IMG/VR virus record: IMGVR_UViG_3300037313_000454
Span: 33,490 to 97,489 of that record
Direction: 5' to 3' (one strand)
From: a virus
Lineage: Duplodnaviria > Heunggongvirae > Uroviricota > Caudoviricetes
DNA: 64,000 nucleotides
Numbering within the stretch: position 1 is the stretch's first letter; every line of letters starts with the position of its first letter. The notes under the pieces are model-generated. The model did not search any database and had not been told where the DNA came from. It saw nothing but the letters and a program-made list of their open reading frames with translations. The translations under genes were made by a program, and so were the position numbers. Positions 1 through 10,115 of this stretch are shown one piece after another.

Positions 1-159
1 GTGTTTGGTTTATCTGACGCACTGGCCGCGAGACTAGGTATATCACATAACACAACCAACAACATTAACGTTACAGTTACGGTTAGTGGTTTGAATGGTA
101 GCGGTGGCTTAGGTGATGAGATTGCTGACGCTATTAACAGAGGAATGCGAGTTCTATAA
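1..159 (+). CDS. 3' end of a structural (tail) protein gene, partial
   Basis: Frame 1 is open from the window edge to TAA at 157-159. Translation ends ...NINVTVTVSGLNGSGGLGDEIADAINRGMRVL. Same strand as the tail fiber gene that follows. Confidence 0.4.
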   Translation: MFGLSDALAARLGISHNTTNNINVTVTVSGLNGSGGLGDEIADAINRGMRVL

Positions 160-522
160 ATGCGTGATTTCAACGCAACGCACATAGATGCGAATTGTGA
201 GGACGTTTCGGGCTTCCATGAGAACGAACTATTCTTCAACTGTATGTTCAAGAAACTAAATGGACTTACACTGAAGAACTGCGACTTAAATCGCAGCCAG
301 TTCAATCCAGAGGAAGTCCGAGACGCTCTCGGATTTACTGTGACACTTGATTGTCATAGCTTTGCCGACGTGAAGTTAAATCCGTTGGCTTTTGATTTAA
401 TTCTCTGCCTGCTCATTAAGAGTGCAGGTAACGACACGAAACGTCGCAAGCTTGTGGATGTCATTGGTAAGGACAGACTACTCGCTTTGCTAAAGGAAAT
501 GTCTACACTGGAAGGTAACTAA
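160..522 (+). CDS. hypothetical protein (tail module)
   Basis: 120-aa ORF starts right after the upstream stop. Its stop overlaps the tail fiber start (TAATG). No recognisable motifs. Confidence 0.45.
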   Translation: MRDFNATHIDANCEDVSGFHENELFFNCMFKKLNGLTLKNCDLNRSQFNPEEVRDALGFTVTLDCHSFADVKLNPLAFDLILCLLIKSAGNDTKRRKLVDVIGKDRLLALLKEMSTLEGN

Positions 523-3500
523 TGCCGTTAACTTTTACAACTACTGCCGCAGGAGCTTCCTCGGATTATATCCGTTACTTGGAAGGTAAAGCAAAGAAGG
601 TGGATAAGCAGGGTCAACCGACCACGCTAGAATTCACCCTTGTCCCGGTGGATGGTTCGTTCGTCAAGCTGGTGCGCGGCAACTATATAAAGTTTGACAC
701 AGTCACCTATCCCAACTGGTTCACTGGCTTCATCACTAACGCCCCGGAATATGAATATCTAGGCACCAAGAGTGGTGTGCCTACTTGGGGATACCGCTAC
801 AAGGCAGTCAGTGACGAATATCTTTTAAATCTAAAACCCATCGGTCTTGTTCCCCCGTTTGTGAACATGACCATGGGAGCTATCCTACGTTACCTCGTCG
901 GTGTGCTGGCTCCCGGTCTGTATACCACGACTGGTATCCTAGATGGCCCGACGATATCTCGGTATGTCCCCGACCCTGAGAAGACCTTTTCTCAAATCGT
1001 GCAGGACTTCTGCGACAAGGCCCAATACAAGTTCCGTGCTAACAACATGGCCTTGACGTTCAAGCCGCAGGACTCCGGTGCTATCGGTATCACGGTGGAT
1101 GGCAGCAACAAACATTTCAGCCCCAACCTGCTAGACATTACGCCTAGCACTGACCCGGTGATTAACGAGGCAGTGGTTATGGGTGCGGTTGAGCCACAGA
1201 ACTACATCAATGAGTACTGGTATGGCGATGGTCTAACTGGTACGTTCCCGCTGCTTGAAAGTATCTATGGTACTGACCGGACGCTACTTCTTGATGAAGT
1301 CTTCTCCGGCAACACTCTGGATAGCTCTAAGTGGACAGAATTTGACGATGCCAATGATTGGCTCAAAGTAGCCAACGGTTACTTGAATGCGTTGGGCGGT
1401 AACTTTGACCACGCTTTCAACCGTTATGTCACATCTGCCAATCTGATTCCACTTGAAGGTACTTTACGTATAACTCACGGTGAATGGGATTTTGTTAATA
1501 CGGGAACTGTTAACCGTGTACAGGGTATTATTGGTGGGTTGTGGACTACAACACCTAACTACGGAGATGGCGCTAATAATTTCCCCGGCTGCATTTTTGG
1601 TATTCGCGTTATGCGTTGGAGTGATGGCACCGTTCATGTCACGCCATTATACAACAGTGTACTTAACGGAGGTCAAGACCTTCAAGTAGACACGACCAAA
1701 CGGTATATCATCCGCACTATGTTAGTGGCTGACCAAGCGGCCAGAACCACTACAGCGCAGAACTATCTCAGTAGCTCTGGTGTTGTGACATCAGTCAGCG
1801 GTACAAATCTGTCAACTGCTGTGACTATGACCACAACCTTGACGGAAATAAATCCGTCAACCGGAGCGGTTACTAATACCACGACTTGGACTAGCTCGAC
1901 CACGCTAAACTCTGCGCAGCTATATGCGTACTACGTCCCGATGGTTACGGACGACTTACATGCTACTGTAAGCGGAATCACCATCAGCAAGCCGATGGAG
2001 ATATTCCTTGAACAGAAACCTAGCGGTGGCTCGTTCAGCACAAAGTATGTTGGCCCTAATGACCTAGATTCATTCGACGGTACACAACCTATTGCTACCA
2101 TTACCAGTAGCAACAGTGGTGCCGTGACCAGAAGCTCTATGCTGGGAACTCGTCAGTACAATCCCGGCAGCGCGTCACTGACTTATTTCAAAGACACCAC
2201 GAAACAGATAAGCTATGTTCCCGGTGTAGGCGAATTGATTCATCTTCGCTATCGCAGTGCAGGTGCTTCTACGGCCCGTGTCCGTGACAATAGCAGTATT
2301 AGTTCAGAGGCATCGCTGTGGGGAGACAACGGTGTTCGTAGCAAGGTATTTACCAAGCTCGACCCACTACCGCGTACTAGCGTAGACTGTGAAGCAACGG
2401 CGTCAGCTATCGTTGGTGATAACAATTATCAACGTTACCAAGGCTCGTTTACACAGGTATCCACGTTCTTTACGGCGGAGCCGTATTCCGGTGGAATCCT
2501 GAGCTTCACCAACTTACCTTCAGGATTGTTGTCAGTTCCGTCATTGGAAGTTAACACGGTTGAGACTGAGATGATTTCGTCCAGACCGTCAGAATTGTTC
2601 AGTCACAAATTAAGCTTTGGACAGAAGGATGTGGTTAATCGCTTTGTCAATCAGTATAGACAACCGACGGATGTATTCGCGCCGGAAGACTCTGCCGAAA
2701 TACCTTCGTATATTAACCCGGCAGGTGTTGGGCTAGCGTTTGCGCCGGATGTTATCGCGCCTACGTTTACCAGCTTAACCTCTACTGACTTAAGCTTTAA
2801 TACCAATCAAGCTGCACCGACTGTTCCTAACCTATTGCTTTGGACGCAAGCCTTCGATAACGCTGCGTGGTCTACGTCTGGTGGAGTTATTCTACCGACG
2901 ATTACCGCCAATGCAGCTACAGCCCCAGATGGCACGGCCACTGCGGATGTATTAGTGTGGGCGGGTGCAACTACAAGTTATGGTATCGGCCAACAAATTA
3001 CTCCTACGGCAGATATTCTTGTTGCTGGACAAAGATTTACTTTTAGCTGTTGGATGAAGGTGGCTAGCGGTACAGCTAACCTTTCATTGCTGTTAGAAGA
3101 CCAAGCCTTTGGTTTTGTAACAACGACTGCATTCGCTCTAACAACGTCATGGCAGCGGTTCTCTATCACAGGAACGATGCTATCTACATCAACGGGCATT
3201 AAGGCGTTTTTGTATAACCCATCCAGTGCTGCTGCTACCTACCATGTGTGGGGTGCGCAGTTGGAAGCTGGAAATGTTTGTACGCCGTATTTCAAAAATG
3301 ACGGCTCACGCACAACCGCTGGTGGTTTTGAAGTTCGCTATAGTGACGAATCTTGGGGGGTAGATGACGCCAAGAACTTAATCACTAGAACTTCTTCGCA
3401 GACATTCTCTATACCGCGTAGTGTACGCGGACGTATAGCTTATGTTAAAGCATATGATGCCCGTAACTACCTGAAGAATTCAGAGGACTTAACTGGTACG

Positions 3501-5648
3501 GGATGGAGCGTCAACGGTGCGGTGACTAGAACTAACTCGTCACAAACCGACCCTGACGGTAATACTTCGACTGTTACTTCAGTGGCGTTTCCGGCTAGTG
3601 CAGCGGCAAACATATTTCAGATTTCCACTGTTCCTGCACAGGGAAGCACTGCCTGCTTCTCTATTAGCATGAAAGGTACGGCGGGTAATCAAGTTCGTAT
3701 CCGCATAGAATCTGAAACCAGCCCGTTTCCCGGCACTAACTTAACAGTTACGTTTAACGGTAAATGGCAAAGAGTTTCGGTATCTAATGCATGGGCAGCT
3801 AGTGACCCATATGGTTTGATTACTGTCATTGTTCAGAATTTTACTGGTGTAGCACAAACGGTTCTTATGACGAGAGCTTCTGCGGAAGCTGGTTCATCTG
3901 AGACAGTTTATTGTAAAACTCTGACGACAGCATACGGTGCTAACTCACGGTTTGCTGCCGGGTTGCGTTGTAGCTTTCCGTTGGTTCCGTCTGCACCTAC
4001 CAGTGCGACGATAGATATAACCGATTACATCAATCCAAAGATTACTGTAGGGTTACCGACTAACCAACAGGACATCTGGGGTATTGAGGTTAGAGCCAGC
4101 GACAACAGTACTGTGTTGTATAAGAAAGACTTAGTAGCGGCAGAATTTAACCCAGTCATTACGGTGGCTGGTAACAACAAATTCTCATTAAGCTATTTTG
4201 TCTATTTTTATAATTTGCTGGGTGAGTATAGCTCTAGCTATAACGCGACTACGACGCTTCCGACCATCTTGTTGGAAAAAGCCACTACAGGTAAGAACGC
4301 TGTTTACAATCCTAGCTTTGAACTGAATAATACTGGCACTGTACACAATAACAGTACGTATTACACGACTGAAGCTATCTATCTCTGTGATGACTGGTAC
4401 AATGAATCACCAAGCAATACGATGTGGAGATTCCATTTAGACAGTCCTTCGTATACTGGTGATACTTCAGCATCATATAGTGGTAACTACTCCTTCCGAG
4501 CGGAATTGAAACCCAGCTTGGCTATTCCTAACGGAACAACTAACTCTGAGTTTCGCGTAAAAAGTAACTTGATTAAAGTTACACCGGGAGACACAGTAGT
4601 TGTGGCCGCTAGGATGCGTTGGGATGCAAACACCTTTTTCCCTGCGGGTGTCAGCGCAATTCAACGTATTGGAATTGTTTTCCGACAAGCTGATGGTACG
4701 GATATCAGTGAACACGTAGCAGACCTAACTGGCGGTGTAGGTTGGACTTTGAAAGCGAAGGCTGCTGTAGCCCCGTCCAATGCTGCTTATGCTGAAGTTG
4801 AGCTAGCTGCCTTTGTTAGCAACAGCAGTGGTAGTACTTTCAATACCAGCACTAACATATACGCGCAGTTGCGCTGGGATGATATATATTTTGCATCCCA
4901 GTCTACGACGTTAGAGCATTCCGGTGTCAATACCGGAAATACTCCGAGTCCAAATCCGTTATCGCAGTCAGGTACGGCGACAACGATAAACGTATCTTCA
5001 TTCTCTATATACTATGGTTTCGGCACAGTGTCCTATAACTCAGGCTCTATAACCGGATTGGCATATGGGGTTAAGTACTATGTCTTCGTTGATGACCCGT
5101 CATATAGTGGCGGCTCTGTATCTTATCAGCAAACCACTAATAGTCGTGACCTAACTAATCAGGAAGGCCGCATTTACATAGGCAGCATCACTCTTTCAGC
5201 GGGTGGTGGCGGTGTAGGTGGTGGTGGTGGTTCTGGTGCCTGTCTGGTTGCTGGTACACCCATACGGCTATTCAACGGTACGGAGAAGCCTGTAGAGACT
5301 TTAACGTTGGGTGACGTACTGATGTCTCCTTATGAGACAGAAGGTGCCGAATTCCAGAGCATGGATGTTGTTGAAGACGTACAGCTTTATCGTATCACAC
5401 TGTCCGATGGTAGGAGCATTACCTGTTCCGGTAAGCATCACATTCTAGTCAATGGTTTGTGGCTGCGTGTCGAGGATGTGTATTGGCCGAATGCCAAGGT
5501 CTGGTGTGAAGGTGAAGAAATCGGTCTTCCCGCTACATGCGAGACGTTGGGTACAGGAACGGTGTATCGACTACACCTAAGCAGCCCCCATATTTATTTG
5601 GGCGGCGGTGTCTGGTCACATAACATGATTGACCCGAGTAACAAATAA
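522..5648 (+). CDS. tail fiber / host-specificity protein with three carbohydrate-binding-like repeats and a C-terminal Hint (intein-like) domain
   Basis: 1708-aa ORF. Three jelly-roll carbohydrate-binding-module-like repeats, for example ...WGAQLEAGNVCTPYFKNDG and NPSFELNNTG...WDDIYFAS. A Gly-rich linker GGGGVGGGGGSGA is followed by C-LVAGTPI...TCSGKHHILV...VWSHN, which carries the Hint block A Cys, TxxH and terminal HN. Confidence 0.85.
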   Translation: MPLTFTTTAAGASSDYIRYLEGKAKKVDKQGQPTTLEFTLVPVDGSFVKLVRGNYIKFDTVTYPNWFTGFITNAPEYEYLGTKSGVPTWGYRYKAVSDEYLLNLKPIGLVPPFVNMTMGAILRYLVGVLAPGLYTTTGILDGPTISRYVPDPEKTFSQIVQDFCDKAQYKFRANNMALTFKPQDSGAIGITVDGSNKHFSPNLLDITPSTDPVINEAVVMGAVEPQNYINEYWYGDGLTGTFPLLESIYGTDRTLLLDEVFSGNTLDSSKWTEFDDANDWLKVANGYLNALGGNFDHAFNRYVTSANLIPLEGTLRITHGEWDFVNTGTVNRVQGIIGGLWTTTPNYGDGANNFPGCIFGIRVMRWSDGTVHVTPLYNSVLNGGQDLQVDTTKRYIIRTMLVADQAARTTTAQNYLSSSGVVTSVSGTNLSTAVTMTTTLTEINPSTGAVTNTTTWTSSTTLNSAQLYAYYVPMVTDDLHATVSGITISKPMEIFLEQKPSGGSFSTKYVGPNDLDSFDGTQPIATITSSNSGAVTRSSMLGTRQYNPGSASLTYFKDTTKQISYVPGVGELIHLRYRSAGASTARVRDNSSISSEASLWGDNGVRSKVFTKLDPLPRTSVDCEATASAIVGDNNYQRYQGSFTQVSTFFTAEPYSGGILSFTNLPSGLLSVPSLEVNTVETEMISSRPSELFSHKLSFGQKDVVNRFVNQYRQPTDVFAPEDSAEIPSYINPAGVGLAFAPDVIAPTFTSLTSTDLSFNTNQAAPTVPNLLLWTQAFDNAAWSTSGGVILPTITANAATAPDGTATADVLVWAGATTSYGIGQQITPTADILVAGQRFTFSCWMKVASGTANLSLLLEDQAFGFVTTTAFALTTSWQRFSITGTMLSTSTGIKAFLYNPSSAAATYHVWGAQLEAGNVCTPYFKNDGSRTTAGGFEVRYSDESWGVDDAKNLITRTSSQTFSIPRSVRGRIAYVKAYDARNYLKNSEDLTGTGWSVNGAVTRTNSSQTDPDGNTSTVTSVAFPASAAANIFQISTVPAQGSTACFSISMKGTAGNQVRIRIESETSPFPGTNLTVTFNGKWQRVSVSNAWAASDPYGLITVIVQNFTGVAQTVLMTRASAEAGSSETVYCKTLTTAYGANSRFAAGLRCSFPLVPSAPTSATIDITDYINPKITVGLPTNQQDIWGIEVRASDNSTVLYKKDLVAAEFNPVITVAGNNKFSLSYFVYFYNLLGEYSSSYNATTTLPTILLEKATTGKNAVYNPSFELNNTGTVHNNSTYYTTEAIYLCDDWYNESPSNTMWRFHLDSPSYTGDTSASYSGNYSFRAELKPSLAIPNGTTNSEFRVKSNLIKVTPGDTVVVAARMRWDANTFFPAGVSAIQRIGIVFRQADGTDISEHVADLTGGVGWTLKAKAAVAPSNAAYAEVELAAFVSNSSGSTFNTSTNIYAQLRWDDIYFASQSTTLEHSGVNTGNTPSPNPLSQSGTATTINVSSFSIYYGFGTVSYNSGSITGLAYGVKYYVFVDDPSYSGGSVSYQQTTNSRDLTNQEGRIYIGSITLSAGGGGVGGGGGSGACLVAGTPIRLFNGTEKPVETLTLGDVLMSPYETEGAEFQSMDVVEDVQLYRITLSDGRSITCSGKHHILVNGLWLRVEDVYWPNAKVWCEGEEIGLPATCETLGTGTVYRLHLSSPHIYLGGGVWSHNMIDPSNK

Positions 5649-5650
5649 CT

Positions 5651-5893
5651 ATGGCGCATGAAGCAAAAATTGTAGGTGACCCGGTAGAGTTAGCTGACGG
5701 AGCTATTGCGGTGACGGTTCGTTGTTGTGACGACCCGTCCACCGACTCTGTCCTAACTCTATATGGGTTACATGAACTTTCGACAAATGACGTGATTCGG
5801 CATGTCCGCGACCACCAAGCAAATGTCGAGATTAAACACGTTGCCAAGCAGCGAGGGCGGTTGGCAATCGACGCTATTAAAGCCCTGCAATAA
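5651..5893 (+). CDS. hypothetical protein (possible fiber-associated)
   Basis: 80-aa ORF starting 3 nt after the fiber stop. Confidence 0.45.
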   Translation: MAHEAKIVGDPVELADGAIAVTVRCCDDPSTDSVLTLYGLHELSTNDVIRHVRDHQANVEIKHVAKQRGRLAIDAIKALQ

Positions 5894-5911
5894 TAAACTA
5901 GGAAAAGACCT

Positions 5912-6229
5912 ATGGACTTAAACACCGGGGTCACAATCGCAAGTACGATAATCAGTAGCGGGGCTGTAGGATACATTTACAAATCTGCTGTGAGACTTGA
6001 AGTTCTTGAGCGTCTCTTTGAGGAAAAAAAGACTGCGGTTGATACTCTAAAATCGAGTCACGACAATATGGACAAGCGCCTTGCTCTCGTCGAGCAAGCT
6101 GTGGTTGGCCTAAACGAATGTCTCCCAGAGATGCGGAAATTCGGACAGGTTGCAGAGCGTCTAGCCCTTCTCGTAGAGATGGGCAATAAACGACTCGACA
6201 ACTTGGAAGAGAAGGCAGCACAGAAGTAA
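5912..6229 (+). CDS. membrane-anchored coiled-coil protein
   Basis: RBS aggaaaag precedes the start. N-terminal TM segment GVTIASTIISSGAVGYIY, then a coiled-coil region. Type II membrane topology. Confidence 0.5.
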   Translation: MDLNTGVTIASTIISSGAVGYIYKSAVRLEVLERLFEEKKTAVDTLKSSHDNMDKRLALVEQAVVGLNECLPEMRKFGQVAERLALLVEMGNKRLDNLEEKAAQK

Positions 6230-6240
6230 GTAGTTATTAC

Positions 6241-6269
6241 TTGACAAACAGTACTTTTTATGTTATAAT
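6241..6269 (+). promoter_or_regulatory. sigma70-type promoter, TTGACA-17-TGtTATAAT
   Basis: ttgaca at 6241-6246, a 17-nt spacer, then tataat at 6264-6269 with TGn extended -10. Both hexamers match consensus perfectly. Sits upstream of the 6355 operon. Confidence 0.7.
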
Positions 6270-6354
6270 AGATACTGTTAGCAAGAATTCCACGAAACAA
6301 TGGGGGTAGGTTCTGCACACTGTGCAACGACCGCCCCCGTCTGTTTGGAGATGA

Positions 6355-7491
6355 ATGACTGAACCGCTAAAACGTGAGGAGCTACTTCGCCGCCAGCTTG
6401 AAAAAGCCCGGATGGAGCTAGCTGACCAACGTTCTTTGAATAAGCGGCTGATGCGCAATCAAGGGGTAAGCTTCGAGCAAGTTATCGAAGAACTCCGTAA
6501 CTGTGCCAACAGCCCTGAACCGTTCCAGATTACTCCTGTCCCTGTAAGTAAACTCAAGGCGAAATCTATTCCCCCTGTGTCAGCGGGACACTCTGAAACG
6601 GCGACGTGTATTTTGTCAGATTGGCACACGTCAGAAGTAGTAAGAGAAGAGGAGTCAAACGGAATCAATGCGTATAACAGCATGATTCTATCCAATCGTG
6701 TTTGGGAGTTGGTGCAGACCATCAAACAGATTCTTGGACTCCATTTAACAATGTATAAGCTCGACAAGATATGGCTACCCATTCTTGGCGACATGATTAA
6801 CGGGTCTATCCACCCTGAGTTGGCCTTGACCAACGATTTGACCGACCCTGCGGCTACTGTCCTTGCCGCCCGTCTACTCCAAATGTTGATTGTAGAACTG
6901 AAGGTTCTCGGTCTACCCATTGAGATTGACTGCGTCGTCGGAAACCATCCCCGTCTCCTCGCAAAGATGCCTACCAAACGGCAGGCTCACCTATCCTTTG
7001 ACTGGATTGTGTACGAGATGTTGGCGGATATGTTCAAAGGTGACGACCAGATTAAAATTACCATCCACACCGGACAGCTTGGAATCGTGGAACAGTACGG
7101 TCACCGCTTTGTGGTTGAACACGGTATTGACGTGTCCAGCGGTAAAGAGGAGCAGATTGAAGACCGTCTCCGCGCCTTGTTTGATGACCCTGTCTATCGT
7201 AAGGCTACGGGCTTGAAAGGCTCGGCTTTCGACATGATTCTTCAGGGTAATATGCACAAGCCCAAGATGCTTGAGCGTACCATCATCAACGGTTGTCTCA
7301 CTGGACAGAACGAACTTGGCATGGGTTGGCGATTGAAGCCAATCAAATGCATCCAGCAAATGTTCGGTATCAGTGAAGGTCACGTTACTACGTGGCACTA
7401 CCCTGTGGATGTTACGTCCGTTAAGTCGGACAAAGCACAAAACCCCTTCAGCGATTATACGCGCTGGTATATGAAGCGTCACGGACGTTAA
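6355..7491 (+). CDS. putative calcineurin-like metallophosphoesterase
   Basis: Ordered motifs ILSDWH, ILGDMING, VVGNHPR and GHRFVVEHG resemble the MPP motifs DxH / GD / GNH / GH. N-terminal coiled coil. Confidence 0.45.
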   Translation: MTEPLKREELLRRQLEKARMELADQRSLNKRLMRNQGVSFEQVIEELRNCANSPEPFQITPVPVSKLKAKSIPPVSAGHSETATCILSDWHTSEVVREEESNGINAYNSMILSNRVWELVQTIKQILGLHLTMYKLDKIWLPILGDMINGSIHPELALTNDLTDPAATVLAARLLQMLIVELKVLGLPIEIDCVVGNHPRLLAKMPTKRQAHLSFDWIVYEMLADMFKGDDQIKITIHTGQLGIVEQYGHRFVVEHGIDVSSGKEEQIEDRLRALFDDPVYRKATGLKGSAFDMILQGNMHKPKMLERTIINGCLTGQNELGMGWRLKPIKCIQQMFGISEGHVTTWHYPVDVTSVKSDKAQNPFSDYTRWYMKRHGR

Positions 7492-7506
7492 GGACTTGAC
7501 AAATAA

Positions 7507-8190
7507 ATGAGTATAGTAGTCGGATTCGGGTATAAAGCCCGAAATGGCAAAGATACAGTTGTACAGACAATCATCGAGAAGTTCGGCAAAGACTACGACA
7601 TTCGTCGCTACGCCTTCGCTGACGCTCTTAAACGTGAAGCAAATTCGGCTGCCGCTCAGTGCGGTGGCTTTCCGCAGCTAATCGAATGGCTGCGTCGTGA
7701 AGTGGGACTGCCTGACTGGGTCGAGCTAGACACCAATCCAGACATGACTGACCCGCTATGTCCACTGGGTAAACACAGGAAGCTGTTGCAGTGGTGGGGT
7801 ACTGAATACCGCCGCTCCAAAGACCCGTACTACTGGGTGAAGCAGCTAGAGAAGACCATCAAGGAAGATAATCCGATGGTCGCTCTCATCTCCGACATGC
7901 GCTTTAAGAACGAGTTCTACTGGGTCAAGTCCTTCAAAGAAGAGGGCTGGACAGTGAAAGTCGAGCGTGTGGGATATGGTGCTGACAATAACAACGAACA
8001 TGCATCTGAGAAAGACCTTGACGGTATGCAGTTCGACGCGGTGATTTCTGCTGGGGATGGAGAAGTAGACCACCTGAAGCAGTGTGCCGTGGCGTTGTTT
8101 GAGAAACATATTAAGAAAGCATATGACGTTGACGAGTCGGAACTTGATTTCAGCGTCCCTATTGCAGAGGAGAAAAATGGCTCTAATTAA
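7507..8190 (+). CDS. deoxynucleoside monophosphate kinase-like P-loop protein
   Basis: N-terminal VGFGYKARNGKDT resembles the T4 gp1 P-loop GVKRSGKDT. WGTEYRR and ISDMRFKNE blocks follow. Confidence 0.5.
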   Translation: MSIVVGFGYKARNGKDTVVQTIIEKFGKDYDIRRYAFADALKREANSAAAQCGGFPQLIEWLRREVGLPDWVELDTNPDMTDPLCPLGKHRKLLQWWGTEYRRSKDPYYWVKQLEKTIKEDNPMVALISDMRFKNEFYWVKSFKEEGWTVKVERVGYGADNNNEHASEKDLDGMQFDAVISAGDGEVDHLKQCAVALFEKHIKKAYDVDESELDFSVPIAEEKNGSN

Positions 8191-8407
8191 GAAGTATACA
8201 GGTGACACCTTCCGTAACCTAATCCGTCAATACTCGTTCGACCGTATGGCATACGACCCTCAGTACCGTCGTGCTGTACGCAAGGCGAAGGCCGAGAAAA
8301 AGGCTGCGAGGGCAGCCAAGGTGTCAAATGAAAAAGCTAGCTCTCCTTCTAGCTCTACTAGTGGCGGGTTGTCACGCCAAGCCACAAACGAAACCCAAGC
8401 CTCGTAA
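8177..8407 (+). CDS. small basic hypothetical protein
   Basis: ATG at 8177 with RBS gaggagaaaa. In frame with the longer 8084 ORF. Lys/Arg-rich. Confidence 0.35.
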   Translation: MALIKKYTGDTFRNLIRQYSFDRMAYDPQYRRAVRKAKAEKKAARAAKVSNEKASSPSSSTSGGLSRQATNETQAS

Positions 8408-8972
8408 TCAAGCCGCCCTATCCTCTGTTCAGTTGGTTATGGAACGAGAGGACGGTAAAGAGGCTACGTGTACAGCCACTATAGTTGGTTCCCACGCACT
8501 TATCACAGCCCAGCACTGCACGGCTGTTATTACAGCGGATATCAAAGTATCGGTAGGGAATTATCCAATCACAGTGGATGAGATTATACCTCTTAAGTAT
8601 GACCAAGCTTTTATCCTTGAAAGCGGCGTAGAGTTCCCGGCGATGTACATAGCGCCGATGGACTTGAATAACATTCATCAAGAAGATGTCCTAAAGGGTT
8701 ATGGTAACCCTAAAGAACTTACGAGAATGTACCGACAAGGTGTGGTCATGGGGTTTGATACCAAAGACGGTGTTCCATGCGCCATCATAGACATGCATGT
8801 TGCTCCCGGTGATTCGGGAATGGGTCTGTTTAAAGATGGTAAGTTGGTAGCCGTAGTGAGTGGAGTACTAGGGTGGGATGAAACCCCCAGTTTGATTCCG
8901 GTGTACGTAGAACGAATCGACGCTACTCCTGAGCAGATTAAGAAAGTAACAACCTATGCCGGACGTAAGTAA
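8331..8972 (+). CDS. trypsin-like serine protease lipoprotein
   Basis: MKKLALLLALLVAGC has a lipobox. Catalytic triad context TAQHC ... D ... GDSGMGL. The track ORF 8271..8972 is in frame; the likely start is 8331. Confidence 0.7.
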   Translation, partial: KKLALLLALLVAGCHAKPQTKPKPRNQAALSSVQLVMEREDGKEATCTATIVGSHALITAQHCTAVITADIKVSVGNYPITVDEIIPLKYDQAFILESGVEFPAMYIAPMDLNNIHQEDVLKGYGNPKELTRMYRQGVVMGFDTKDGVPCAIIDMHVAPGDSGMGLFKDGKLVAVVSGVLGWDETPSLIPVYVERIDATPEQIKKVTTYAGRK

Positions 8973-9657
8973 TTATTTGAACGTGGTGCGCTCTGAGGCC
9001 GATAGCCTTAAAGCGCATCATGTTACCCTTAGCTGGTTTCGACTAGCTGAGATTGCCTTGTGCCTAGCGATTATCGGTGGAATGTACGTGCACAGTGTGC
9101 GTAAGGATGCCGAGAACCTAGGACGGTTCCAAGCCATGTTTGAAGAGTATCGGGCGGACTCAAAGAAGGCTGCCGAGGATATGAAGGCTAGTTTTGAACA
9201 GCGGCTTAAAGAAGCCGAGACTCGGAGTAAGACCGAGGTTGTTGTGGCGAACCGCACCAAGGACAACGATAAACATAAAGATGAAGTCCTGAACAATCAG
9301 GACAAGGTTCAAGCGCAGACTGACTTCTACGGGGCGTATAAGCGGTCGGTGGTCATCGTGCCGGAAGGCTTTACGATGGACTTGGACACGTTGAAACAAA
9401 CCATTGTAGCCAAACTGGACGCTGGTACTTTGAAGGCGAACTTCGAGGACACCCAGAAGAACTACGAGTCTGCCAAGGCATCTCTGGCTAGCGCCGAGAA
9501 AGACCTAGATACACAGAAAGGCTTGACCGCGCAGTGCGATGCTTCGCTTGCGCAGTTGAAGAAAGTAAAGACACCTTCCAAATTCAGAAAGGCATTGGGC
9601 GATGCTTTGAAGTTTGGACTGGGTGTACTTGTTGGAAAGGGCTTGGGGGCACTATAG
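8956..9657 (+). CDS. membrane-anchored coiled-coil protein
   Basis: TM segment WFRLAEIALCLAIIGGMYVH, then a long charged coiled-coil. C-terminal GLGVLVGKGLGAL. Confidence 0.5.
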   Translation: MPDVSNYLNVVRSEADSLKAHHVTLSWFRLAEIALCLAIIGGMYVHSVRKDAENLGRFQAMFEEYRADSKKAAEDMKASFEQRLKEAETRSKTEVVVANRTKDNDKHKDEVLNNQDKVQAQTDFYGAYKRSVVIVPEGFTMDLDTLKQTIVAKLDAGTLKANFEDTQKNYESAKASLASAEKDLDTQKGLTAQCDASLAQLKKVKTPSKFRKALGDALKFGLGVLVGKGLGAL

Positions 9658-9662
9658 CCCCC
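9645..9662. terminator. GC hairpin between convergent genes (possible bidirectional terminator)
   Basis: gggggc-actata-gccccc lies exactly between the stop of 8956..9657 (+) and the stop of 9662..9880 (-). There is no strong U-tract. Confidence 0.3.
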
Positions 9663-9880
9663 TAGTCCAAAAGTGTCTTAAGGTTTCTGAACATTCTGTT
9701 CTTCGCCTCTCGAAACATCTCCCGCGCTATTGCCCTTCCTTTTTCAATCGAGTACTCCGTGAGTATCTCGGTGAACTGCTCTTTTTGTTCCGCTGACAAC
9801 CCCTTCCCGAACGTCTTTATTTTCTCCGTCAATTCAGGACTAGGCTGCACCATGTGCAGAATTATCAGTTCGTGCTTCAT
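9662..9880 (-). CDS. hypothetical protein
   Basis: 72-aa ORF. First gene of the long minus-strand block, read convergently. Confidence 0.45.
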   Translation of the reverse strand: MKHELIILHMVQPSPELTEKIKTFGKGLSAEQKEQFTEILTEYSIEKGRAIAREMFREAKNRMFRNLKTLLD

Positions 9881-10115
9881 CGGCCTGCTCCTGTTCGTAG
9901 GCTAGCTTTTCAGCGATGTCCCGCAGAACAAACGCCGCACGTTCTTGTTGAGCGCGTAGTTTACTATGTTCGTCACGGATGGGCTTTGCCTTGCGGTTGT
10001 GCGCGGCTAAAGCCCCCATAGACTCCTTGTTAGCTACGTAGTAGTCAACGCGTCTACGTGCCGCTGTTGCGTAATTACGAGCAGCAACCAATACCTCTTC
10101 TTCAAGCGGCTTCAT
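9840..10115 (-). CDS. hypothetical protein
   Basis: 91-aa ORF in the minus-strand series. Confidence 0.4.
   Translation of the reverse strand: MKPLEEEVLVAARNYATAARRRVDYYVANKESMGALAAHNRKAKPIRDEHSKLRAQQERAAFVLRDIAEKLAYEQEQADEARTDNSAHGAA

Noticed and set aside
7494-7522. TTGACAAATAA -35-like hexamer just before the dNMP kinase ATG
   Set aside because: The only -10-like hexamer (tatagt) is 10 nt away and lies inside the coding start. The spacing is non-functional.
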